NCBI GenBank assembly: GCA_965645245.1
Contig: OZ287087.1
Coordinates: 124,001-188,000 of the forward strand
Source: Massalongia carnosa
Lineage: Eukaryota
DNA: 64,000 nt
Direction: 5' to 3'
The notes beneath the pieces were generated by a model. It saw only the letters and a program-made list of their open reading frames with translations. It made no database searches and had not been told where the DNA came from. Numbering within the stretch: position 1 is the first letter of the stretch; each line of letters starts with the position of its first letter. Made by a program: the position numbers and the translations under genes. Positions 23,436-33,950 of the stretch are shown piece after piece.

Positions 23436-26253
23436 CTAGTTCGTGTCAATCTCGTTATATTGCTACTAAGTATGTTTGGGCTATTGCTCACAGCCCCCGG
23501 CCTCGAGAGGGGGACTCGATAAGGGCCTTGCTGTCTACTAATGTAAGACCCTCTCGCAGGCCTTGGGCTGTGAACAGACTCCCTCTATCTAAGCGACAGA
23601 AGAACTGGAGTGGGTGGGTGGGAAAGAAAACGTTGCAAACAGTGCTATCAAAATGCTATGCTTTTTGATTGTCTTGAGATGTGAGATGATGAGGGATACC
23701 GTCTGGGACCTCCTCTTTATATATCTTCTTCCTATTCTCCTTGTCCTACTCTACCATCCCAGTATGCCCCATCAACGCGGCCCATAGCAAGGCATACACA
23801 AATCCGAAACCTAACTGTCGTCCGAAGGATCGATGCGGTGCTAAGATCTCTATGCCGTGCTGAGACATCCTTATGGTGCTGAGACATCTATGCCGTCCGA
23901 GAGATCCATGCGGTGCCGAAATCAAAGCGGGAGCTGTCTCGATTAACGACGCACTAGCTCTCAGCATAGCCGAACTAGGCAGTAGAACTTTCCGAGGAGT
24001 CTGCCAGATGGGGTCTGTCCCGAATCTACTCGAGCTGATGCGTTACGTATGCGTTTGTGTATGCGGTGGGAGCGTTTGGGCGGGGGCGTTGGCTGGGTGG
24101 GAAGGAGCCTATGGATTGAGAGGAAACGAGCAATGGGGGGTGAGAGCGAGGGAGAGCCGCAAGGGGGCGGCCGCAAGGGGGCGGAGGCGATGAAGTCCCC
24201 TAATAAGGTGCTGTTCTATGGGGTTGACCCCGCTGGATACAGCTCCCTCTCATTATAGGAATTTTCTGGCAAACTTGGGGGGGGGGGGGGGGGACCAGGG
24301 CCATGGGCTGCCCGCTGGGTGCGGGTTCCCTTATAAAAGGTCATTTTCGACGGAGTCGGGAGGCGCAACGGGTCGGCGGAATGGAGGACGAGGAAGTCTC
24401 CTGATGCGAGAGCCATTCCACGAGGTTATTCTCGCTGGGTACGGCCCCCCCGCGCCCCCCAAAGTGAATGGAGTATTGAGGAATCGGCTTCGGGAGCTCC
24501 CGGTGAAGACAGGTTCGGATGACCCCGGGGGGGCGGAGGCGAGGGCGGGGGCGATGATGTCCCGGGGGGGTGAATCCAGGCGGTCCTAGACTCTCGAGCT
24601 CCCCACCCAACTTAGCCGGTGTCAGATGGTAAGGACTACTATCATGGGCATTCATCTAGTGCTTATCTTCGGCGACTCTACCACGGGGACCGGCTTACTC
24701 CTTATGAAAAGGGTCGCCGAAAGGTCTCCAATTTGATTGCTATATAATGAAGTAGATAGCTCACATAATCCACACCTTCAATGACAATCATGCTATTATA
24801 CCTACCAAGTAAACCAATATTTCATAGCCGGATGGGGCTGAAGCTCAGTAAATCGTAGTAACAAGATTACTCTACTCGTACATTACACCATCTACACTTG
24901 GGAGTCAGTACGAGTATTTCATATAATCTTCCACAGGGGTCGGGTGTACCAAGGAGTGAACGACCCGGCCAGATGGAGGAGAATCGACACCACCGTCGAA
25001 AACATGTACCTTACTCGACGGACAGCTAACTTGTCCATGACGGGAGGTACGACCAAGCAGCACCCGGGATCAATTCCGGTAGGCGGCTCCACTGAACCAA
25101 AGCCTATGTCCTGCAATCTGCAAGGACTGCAGGTACCCTCACGTCTGCAGTCTCTGTTTCGGCCATCACACAAAAAACAACTGCCCCAAGGCACATATCA
25201 GCAACCCACATTTCATGTCAACAGGTAGACGAGATTGACTAGCCGGCCCATTTGATCATATCGCCGAAGGGTTCCCCTATCCGCTGATAGATAAATCAGC
25301 AATCGTACCCTCAGGGCCTCTAAGAAAAGAAGGCTGGGAACTTCACCTCATGGGTCATCCGGACAAACTTTACAAACAGACCATTCACTATATAATCGTG
25401 TACGGGGCCAAAATTGGTTACACCGGCCCAGATCAGTTCATTCTAAGCAGCAACCTGGCCTCGGCCAACGAGGCCCCAGAAATTCTGACCATGGACGTAG
25501 AGGACCAAAGGACCAAAAACCGATTGATCGAGGTGCCCACCCTACCAGCCAAATATATATGCTCCCCCTTAGGCTTAGTCCTCAAAGCAAACGGAGGATG
25601 GCGCCGTATTCATCACCTCTCCCACCCTGAGGGTAATTCGGTGAACGACTTCATTCCCGAGGAGTGGGGCGCTCTGGAATATATCACTTTCGACGAAGCC
25701 ATCGCCGGCGTCAGAAGAATGGGCAAGGACTGCGTACTGATCAAACGAGATTTAGCCGATGCCTTCCGCCACGTTCCAGTGGCGCAAAGCGATTGGTGGT
25801 TGCTAGGTTTTTTGTTGGAACGGGGTTTACTGGATAGAACGCTTTCTTCCATTCGGCCTTAGGACGTCTCCCTTCTTGTTTGACTTATTCGCGAAAGGTC
25901 TGAACTGGATGATGATGATGATTAATAAAACAAATGGCGAAGTTAGTCACTACTTGGACGATTTTCTCGGAATCGTTCGCGCTATTCCCGATGCGGAATC
26001 CTTCGATCGGAACTTTGCCGAAATTTGTTCAGACCTCGGCCTAAAATTCAACGAAAAGAAAAATAAACAAGGCACGGTAGTCGAATTCCTGGGCATAGAG
26101 CTGGACACACACCTGATGCAGGCACGACTACCGGCCGAAAAGCTTCAGAAAGCTAAGGATCTCGTCCAATCAACATTGAATAAATCCACGATAACCAGAA
26201 ACGAGCTAGACACTCTACTAGGATTTCTATGCTTTGCAGCCAAAGTGGTGGTA

Positions 26254-28405
26254 GAAGATTTCCCGAGGAAATGCCGCGCCCGGCGAAATGCCGCACTTTA
26301 CAATTCGGCATTAGAATATTGTTTTCGTCGTTGATCAACAACTACAACGATTAATGGAATGTGTATTAAATATAGTATAAATAGAAAGTATATACACGAT
26401 ATCCGACCTTAAAAACCTTACATAGCAAAACGCCCTGGGCGCTGGACCCTTCTTCCAGTCGAGGTAGTTAAAACCACCTCCTCTACCTCTTTAGCGATAA
26501 TAACACGAGTAGGCGGCTTTACCTTCTTCTTTCGAGTCTTTTGAACTTTATTAGACCCTGTATACTGCTTCTGCTGCCCGAGCTGTCCCTTAGGATATCT
26601 GTTTGCTGTTTTACGTAACTCCTTCTGAGCCTGCTTCTCAGCGGCCTTTGCTACCTTTGCTTCTGCAGTCAATCGCCGCTTCTCTAGAGCGATTGCTACC
26701 TTTTCTAGCTTCTCCTCTTCTTTCTGTAACCTTTTAGCAGTAGCTTGTCGTCGCTTCTCGCTAATATCTAGCTGGCGTTGTGCTTCTTCTTCCTCTTTTG
26801 CTGCTTGAAATTCCCTGGCAGCCTGTACTCGCCTAGGACTAAAGAATTGAGGGCCTGAGTCCTCTTCCCCAACTAAATTAAGCCGTTTACCTCTCTTCCT
26901 CCTCTTCTTTTCGTCCTGAAGGGTATTGCAGAGCCCTTTGATCACGTATTTGTTGATAGAGTCCTGGGCAGCAAGGCGTTCGTTAGCCCGGAAGATCTTT
27001 GCTAGTAATAAATTTGTAGGCGCAATATCGTACGCTCGCTGCGTACGGCGAATAGCACGGCTTGTCATTGGTGTTTTTGGCGACTGAGAAGGAGCCTCGA
27101 TTATCTGTGGTGTGATAACATTTAGTATAAGGCTCGGATTGTAAGGCTAAATACCGGTTTTTTCGAAGGCAGAAGTAATTTTTTCCTCCGAAAATGCCTG
27201 CTGCCATGCAGGGAAGAAAACGCTCCAAAAGGCTCTTTTTGACATGTTTATCATGCCTAGACTCTCGAACATTAGTCTATTCAGCCCATTGGTATAGAAC
27301 GTTGCTAACGGCGCGAATAGAGAAACGTCCAGAGGCTGTAAACGATGCGTAGAGTGCGAAGGTAGAATCAGGAGAAGAATACGTAAGTTATCGCATTTAT
27401 CGATAAACTTAAGATTCACGTGGCTAGAATGACCGTCTACTATCAGTAAACGTCTTCTATTTCTAGCCTTTTGCTTCGTATAACGCTGAAAAACCTGCTC
27501 TAGCCAATTTAGGCCAAGGATATCACAACTCCATCCTTTCGCCGATACTGCAAAGAACGCCTCGTCATTAGGATTTACATCCTCAACCCATGTATCCTGG
27601 AGTATGCCAGAGTCGCCTTTATAGATCAAGGCAGGAGGTAAAGCGGTTCCGTCGGCCCCGATACAAGCAAGGAGGCTGATAAACTCCCTATTCCCGTCCT
27701 GGCTTGCATGTGTGATCCGCCCTGATTCAAGGGCCTCTAGCGACATGATACGTTGCGTGGCGCTTGCTTGGCCAATCACAAAGCCCCTTTCGTCCCAATT
27801 GTAAAGGTTTTCCCTCGTGATATTGTATTTTTCGACACCGGCGATTAGCTAATAGAAACATTAGTTATTTTCGATCATAATTAATATTCAACAAATAGGA
27901 ATGGGTAGTTAACACGCTACCAAATCGTAGAATTGCTTAAATAAAGGCGGATACTCAGATTTTATACGCTGGCTATCCATATTTCGAAGATAAAGACTTT
28001 TAAGCCTATCCTTGTATCGGCGGACAAAATCCCCTGTCCAGTTCTTCTCTACAGGCCCTCCTATCACCTCCTCCGCTAGGTTTCGTACAATTCTGGCGGT
28101 TGGGGGCAGTCCACGATCGACAAGGCGATTGATTTGCTGAATTAAGGCCTCTTCCTGGGCCAAGGTAAGTCGTTGCTTGTATTTTGACGCGGCTGCCTTT
28201 TGGGACACCGTTTGGCCTTTCCAGCGCCTCCGGAGGGTACTTTCGACTAGGCTAAACCTTTTAGCTGTCCCCCTGAGGTTAGGCTGATCTTGCTGATTCA
28301 GATCAGCAATTGCGAGCTCGATACGAGCGTTGAGGGTGGATTTATTCATGTCTGAAAGTAATGGTTGGAAAGTGAGAAGATGCGGCATTTCCTCGGGAAA
28401 TCTTC
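26254..28405 (-). mobile_element. Complete pogo/Fot1-like DNA transposon
   Basis: Perfect 24-bp TIR GAAGATTTCCCGAGGAAATGCCGC with TA TSD. Transposase runs 28349 to 26418 with an intron at 27849-27920 and motifs NWDEKGF, VDGHSSH and LQPLDV. One premature TAG at 27147-27149. Confidence 0.96.
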
Positions 28406-29049
28406 TACCGGGAAGAACTTTTCTCCGACGCCTTTTCAACAGCAAAATCGGGCCCGCGCGCCCATTTATTCATATCAATTCTCACATAAAAGCTGATCTT
28501 TTATGGTGGCATCATTTCCTTCCATTATGGAACGGCATACACATTATTAGCCCTTCGAGACCCCTGCTCCGTCTCTGGACGGATGCCAGTGGGGACTTCG
28601 GAATCGGGGCATACATACTTCAAGGTGGTCAGACCACACACACATTGCCCGCTGAGCAAGTGGTTTCTGAACGTTATACCACCAGGCTCAGAGCCAAACA
28701 TATCAATGAGAAGGAGATGACAGCGATTCTGCACGCCATACGGCGGTGGCTCCCCATGTGCAAGGGAGCTCATCTTCTTCTTTATTGCGACAGCTTTGCT
28801 GTAATGTCCGGGGTCAAAAAGACCTCCATTCGGGGCGGGGCCATGCATCTCCTCCGGAATATCGCCATGATGGCGGCAATATATGACATTGAGATTGAAC
28901 CACACTGGCTGTCTACCAAAGAAAATTTCTTAGCAGATTGGTTGTCCCGAGGACTATTTGGAAAAATCGCTGACAATTACCCCACCCAACCTGCAGGGCA
29001 TTTCATCGAACAAATAACGGCGTCACTCGCCCGCGACCCTCCAGAGACT

Positions 29050-30035
29050 TGGTATAACGAGGTTCCGCTGGATCGCCAAGCAGCCAGATATTTATGGTGG
29101 GGCATAGCAATTAGGACTCGAGGGCTATACGATGCAGCCCAGAAAAGCTACACGACCTACTGTCAATTAGCAACGAATTTCCCTCCCTTTCCAGCGACAA
29201 TTCGAAGCCTTTCGGCATGGATAGCCGCCCTGGGTCAGCGAGGGCTCCGCCCCAAAACCATCAAAAACTATTTAGCTGGAGTACGATCGAGCCAATTGGA
29301 CATGGGCCTGGGGGACCTGGAGGTCTTTCACCATCCAGTCCTAGACAGAATAATTGCGGGAATAAAACGAATGCACGGTGAACCAGAAAGACGAGAAAGG
29401 CTACCAATCACACGCAACATTTTGATAAAATTGCTACGGAAACTAGACACTACTAACGAGGTCCAGGCAACACTTCATGCGGCATACAGCATCGCATTCT
29501 CTTAGGAGCGGGAGAATTTACCTACAAACAGGGAGAAATGCAAGACTCCAGCTTCGATTCATGGCATTTAACTAGATAATCGGTGGATCAACAGGCGGAT
29601 CGAATAATTCTTTCCCTACCGTCATCCAAGACGGATCCTTTTCTAAGGGGTAGAAAAATTTATATCGCAGCAACAAACGACGAAGCATGCTTGATCACCT
29701 CCATTCGGAACTTGTTTACCCGATTCCCGAAACCAGCATCGTCCCCATTGTTCCAGGTTCAGGAAAAGACCTTCACTCGTGAATATTTAGTGCAGGCCCT
29801 ACGGAGTGGCCTCCGGGCAGTTGGCGTCCGAGGGAATTACTCGGGTCATTCGTTTCGACGGGGTGCAGCAACAACGGCCAAGAACTCGGGCTTGCAAGAG
29901 GAAGATATTCAGACCTTGGGCCGATGGAAATCAGACTCGTATCAATTGTACATTCAGACTCATCCGGACCAATTAATAGCGACCTCCATTCGTTTTCAAC
30001 GACCCCCCGCCACGTTCCGAACAGCACCACCGTAG
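29050..30035 (+). pseudogene. Tyrosine recombinase of the retroelement
   Basis: TIKNYLAGVRS, RLPIT, a disrupted LRAGEF at about 29500, LPSSKTDPF, SGHSFRRGAAT (H-x-x-R) and LGRWKSDSYQLY (catalytic Tyr). Start position is approximate. Confidence 0.92.
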
Positions 30036-30402
30036 GTGGGCCATTCCCTGCTTGGGGTTGGGAGTTTTTCCCCTCACTGCTGCCAAAACAAAGCCATTAT
30101 AGGAGGGGCCCTCAGCAAAACTGAGCGCCAGCAGGGCAGCAGCGAGGGGAGAGTTGCCCAAACATAGATAGAAATTATGAGCCCGCGAATTACTATATGA
30201 CTGCTGTATGACTGCTATAAAAGCAGATAGATAGCCCACATAGATGAGTAACTTCAATGACAATCATGTTATTATACCTAGACGTGAATCATACTATCTA
30301 TCAGGTTTAAGAGATATATAAGGGTCAATGATAACTTGGACGATTAGCGAAGCCTCGGAATGTACTGAATCCGATACCAAGACCGTCGACTTCCGAGCGT
30401 TT

Positions 30403-31239
30403 CTAGCGATTGCTCCTATAATTTTGAAGCAGGTCAATCATCTTCGCATCACCCTTCGCCTCAGCAATGGCAAGCGCCGTGCGCTTCTTCTCGTCCAAAA
30501 TATCACAATCAGCTCCTTGATTCAAGAAAATCAAAACAACATCGCTTTGTCCCGCCTCCACAGCCGCGTGCAATGGAGGCCACTTATGACCGAAACCAGA
30601 TTCAAGAACAACGTCATTCACATCTGCCCCCTGCTTTAGTAAGAATTCTACTAAGTCCTTCTGCCCATGCATGGCCGCGGCAGCCAATGTTCCAGAACCG
30701 CGCAGCTTCGCATCATATCGGATCAAAATCGTACAGAATTCTATGGATCTCGATTGCCACGGCAAAGCAACTAGGCATAGCGGACTAATAGCATCGCTGT
30801 CGATATGGGGGTTTGGATTCACTCCCGAGGATAAAAGGAACTCGATGTATTCTGGCGTAGTCGGGGTGCTGAGGGCGCGACCAAGCTGGGACTCGCGGCC
30901 ATCATAGATAGTCATTTGAACGATGTTCGGGTCATGACGTCTTAAGGTGTCGTAGAGAAGAATGGATTTCGTGGTGATGACATGACGAATGACTTCCTCT
31001 GTGACGTTTGTCTTAGGATATGTTTGCAGGATGAGTTGAACAGTCTCGATATTGTTGAATTGGCATGCTTTTGCTAGCATCTCATCGGTCACCGATGGAT
31101 CCAATTGGACGAGATCCTTCGGTCTGGATGTTTTGATGTTGTCAGCGGTGGCGGGGGCTTGCAGAAGCTCTCGCAGTCTTGAAGTGTCGTCATTAGTGCA
31201 GGCTGCTAGGAGCTGCTCCTTCGCTATGGACATGGACAT
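30403..31239 (-). CDS. Ankyrin-repeat protein, 278 aa, intronless, no signal peptide
   Basis: Open ORF with ankyrin repeats TLAAAAMHGQKDLVEFLLKQGADVN, PLHAAVEAGQSDVVLIFLNQGAD and TALAIAEAKG. Confidence 0.9.
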   Translation of the reverse strand: MSMSIAKEQLLAACTNDDTSRLRELLQAPATADNIKTSRPKDLVQLDPSVTDEMLAKACQFNNIETVQLILQTYPKTNVTEEVIRHVITTKSILLYDTLRRHDPNIVQMTIYDGRESQLGRALSTPTTPEYIEFLLSSGVNPNPHIDSDAISPLCLVALPWQSRSIEFCTILIRYDAKLRGSGTLAAAAMHGQKDLVEFLLKQGADVNDVVLESGFGHKWPPLHAAVEAGQSDVVLIFLNQGADCDILDEKKRTALAIAEAKGDAKMIDLLQNYRSNR

Positions 31240-32012
31240 ACTGAGGATTGAAGACAGTCACTGATTATCGAGAGCGACTGCTTTAGTGGAAGAGTCTCCT
31301 AAAACTTATTTAGGTGTTTTTGTCAAAGTATTCTCAAAGAAATGACTCAGGCAATGTGGTTACTTGTACGGTGACAGGTCCCGGCAGAACCAGCTTATGC
31401 GAAGATTATCCGGTCAATCAACTTCCCACAGACCCACACTGTAAGGTGGTTTTCAGAGAACTGCCGATCACGAAAACGTTAGGAGATACAATGTACCCGT
31501 CTCTTGCTTCGAAACGATTGTTGCGATCTAATATAAGCTGGAGGTGGTACAGTACCCGGCAGGAATGCACGATTGTAGACCGCAAACCTCCCTTGAAGCT
31601 CAATTTGCAGACTTTCAGACACCAACGCCGTTAGTACTTCCCTTATCAGAATGGGCTTCTAAGTTAGCGCCTTTTCTAACCTGAACCCCGTAAGATTTTG
31701 GTTTCGGTGGCGTGGGATTCAGCCTCAGACCACGCTACTCGCACAACGGCTCCGCGCCATGCCTCCAACGTGCCTAGGTCCCCGAAGAACGACTAACGCA
31801 GCTTACGATTAGCATAAGGTGGTGTCGACGTCGTGCCTTGACGTCTCGGTCACCTGAAGCCGTACACCAAGCCTGTACCTGAGTCAATATGGGTCTTGTG
31901 CCTCAGATCACAGCTAAATCAAATCACAGCTAAATCAAATCTGGTCATGGAGCACGTAGCTCCACGGCGACAGCCAGTTAAAACTTCTTGTAGCCTCTAC
32001 GTGCATGGAAGG

Positions 32013-32902
32013 TGTTAAATAAACAGTTGACGGCATAATGTTGAAATTACTACGGAGGTGACTGCTTATAGCAGTCATGGCAGCCTGCAGGGCTGAGCTA
32101 GATCTAATGGGGCTAAGCGAGTATTCCAACACTCCCCTTCGAGCGTGGCTCCCCTTTCGCCTCCAAAATTGAAACTATCCAGCTTTTATCACTCCCCTTG
32201 CAAGTGATTCATCCAGCTGTGTCCGATTCGCTCCCCTTGCGGAACGAATCTAGCTCCCTCTGACTCCATTTTCCCTAAGCACGTAGTTCTTTCTTATGTC
32301 TTTTGTTGTCCTGCTTTGTAGCCTCATTAAACCCATAACCATCTCTCGAAACGTAGCTTTTGTGAGTGTATGGGTGGATGGGAAGAGTACTATGGACGTG
32401 TTTTGTTGATGGCCTGAGCAGGGCTTTTCTCGATGTCTCTGTTAGACATTTTCCCGCAGACCATTGACGTTGGTGGCCTGATCGCAGGGCTTTTATCTCC
32501 CCTTGCTGATCTGACCAGTAATGCAAGATGTGAAGTCTTCGAGGCACCGCCCATTGTAGATGTCCTCCTCAGCACGTTTCGTACGTACACCACTTTCGAT
32601 GACGTTTCCGCTTCGTTTCCGCTTCGTTTCTCATCCCTTTCGATGTCGTTTCCGCTTCGTTTTCGCGCTTTCCACGTCTGAACTTTCACCTCATCATCTT
32701 CTTGATACGACATGATAGTACGTAGTCTATGCATGAAGGATGCCGTCGGAGGGGCGCAAAGCACAAACCCGGGACTCATAACCTGTTAAATAAACAGTTG
32801 ACGGCATAATGTTGAAATTACTACGGAGGTGACTGCTTATAGCAGTCATGGCAGCCTGCAGGGCTGAGCTAGATCTAATGGGGCTAAGCGAGTATTCCAA
32901 CA
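32013..32902 (-). mobile_element. TRIM or internally deleted Copia-type element, 890 bp
   Basis: Identical 119-bp LTRs (32013-32131, 32784-32902) with TSD GAAGG. PBS GGTTATGAGTCCCG (32783-32770) and PPT GAAGGGGAG (32140-32132). No pol. Confidence 0.95.
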
Positions 32903-33335
32903 GAAGGAACTTCAGTCCACAGCGGCTGGGTAGCGTCCATGTCATGGATGATCATGGCAAAGCTCGCTGCGCCTTGCAGATTATCGAGCTGATGTTGCTC
33001 CATGATGTTGGCGTTTCGTCTTCTGCACCTCGTTGATACTCTGTGACAAAGAAATTTCAGTTAGTGCTGTCCACGAGGCTTTGGGTCTAGCTTTGAAGCA
33101 AATCCTGGTTGCACATTCTCAATATGTAAAGGCCATAAGACGAATACTTTTCAAACTAAATAACAGCACTTCAGTCGAGAGAGAGATCTCAATTGTACAG
33201 TTCGTCTTTCAGATCATATTCGAAAGGTGTTGCCTTGCATCATTATTCTCATTTACAAATCATTGTGTCCACTCTTCAACCCAGCCCAGCTCCCTCACCA
33301 ACCCATCGAAGAAAGGAACTCAACAGACTCGCAAA

Positions 33336-33950
33336 ATGCGATCCTCAACAAGCTCTTTCGCGGATGGACTCGTCCGTCTGGCGTCGGTATTCGTTACCTT
33401 CCTCATGCTAATCAATATATTTGGTATTCCAGCATCTGGTGCTCCAATCGAAAACAAAGAAATTTCCGACAAGAAAGTCTTCGAACGCGGCACGTGTCCT
33501 TCCGTGAGCACCCTCGCCGCCTTCATGCAATCACAAGGTGCAGGGGATAACACAATTTTTTACACTGCGCCCGCCACCAGTCAGCAAGCCCTCTCACTCA
33601 GCACTACTTTGGATCCCAGGGGCAACTACTATGGTAGCTTGGTATCCCGGAACGATATGCTTGGATGGCTTGATAACTGCGGTTTTGAGCCAACGGAACA
33701 AGACAAACTCGTCCCTCGCATCTCTACAGCCATAGCCGCAGCCGCCTCTGGGACAGCTTATGTTCTTATCTCGCCAGGGCGGGATCCTAGGATCGGCAGA
33801 TCTATCTGGGTGGTCAATGAATTTCCCACATTGATGCGGAATGGGGCTATCACTTCGGTCGTTCGTATCGATCCTGATGATATCACGCAAGCTCCTGTCC
33901 AAATCTGGAAACGAGGGGATCCTGTTGATCTTCCAGCCAGCCCCGCTTAA
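33336..33950 (+). CDS. Secreted protein, 204 aa, ADP-ribosyl-cyclase/NADase-like candidate
   Basis: ATG at 33336 in AAAATG context, a hydrophobic signal-like segment ending ASG-API, and motif ISTAIAAAASGTAYVLI...SIWVVNEFPTLMRN. The CDS is well supported; the function is inferred. Confidence 0.8.
   Translation: MRSSTSSFADGLVRLASVFVTFLMLINIFGIPASGAPIENKEISDKKVFERGTCPSVSTLAAFMQSQGAGDNTIFYTAPATSQQALSLSTTLDPRGNYYGSLVSRNDMLGWLDNCGFEPTEQDKLVPRISTAIAAAASGTAYVLISPGRDPRIGRSIWVVNEFPTLMRNGAITSVVRIDPDDITQAPVQIWKRGDPVDLPASPA

Larger units (their letters stand above)
24738..30280 (+). mobile_element. Tyrosine-recombinase retrotransposon (DIRS/Ngaro type), degenerate and interrupted by pogo
   Basis: Gag remnant (YTWESVR; CKDCRYPHVCSLCFGHHTKNNC), RT (SPLGLVLK, WRRIHHLSHP, DLADAFRH, YLDDF), RNase H (WTDASG, HINEKEM, YCDS, ENFLADWLSR) and YR. 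No DDE integrase. A related ~67-bp repeat sits at each end (24738-24804, 30213-30280). Confidence 0.92.

Noticed and set aside
23444..23900. Solo LTR starting TGTCA (similar candidates at 8001-8133 and 37162-37348)
   Set aside because: No TSD or second copy in the window, so the boundaries cannot be supported.
24277..24293. G17 homopolymer as a regulatory G-quadruplex
   Set aside because: Lies in degenerate GC-rich TE-associated sequence, and homopolymer length is unreliable.
28330..29505. A single 391-aa gene
   Set aside because: Chimera of pogo end sequence, RNase H and the YR N-terminus.
29050..30035. Tyrosine recombinase as a Starship captain or Crypton
   Set aside because: It is short, directly follows RT-RNase H, and has the GHSFRRGAAT/LGRW signature of retroelement YRs.
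33033..33335. N-terminal extension of the 305-aa ORF (similarly 35792-35950)
   Set aside because: Non-ATG starts; the downstream ATGs begin signal-peptide-like sequences.
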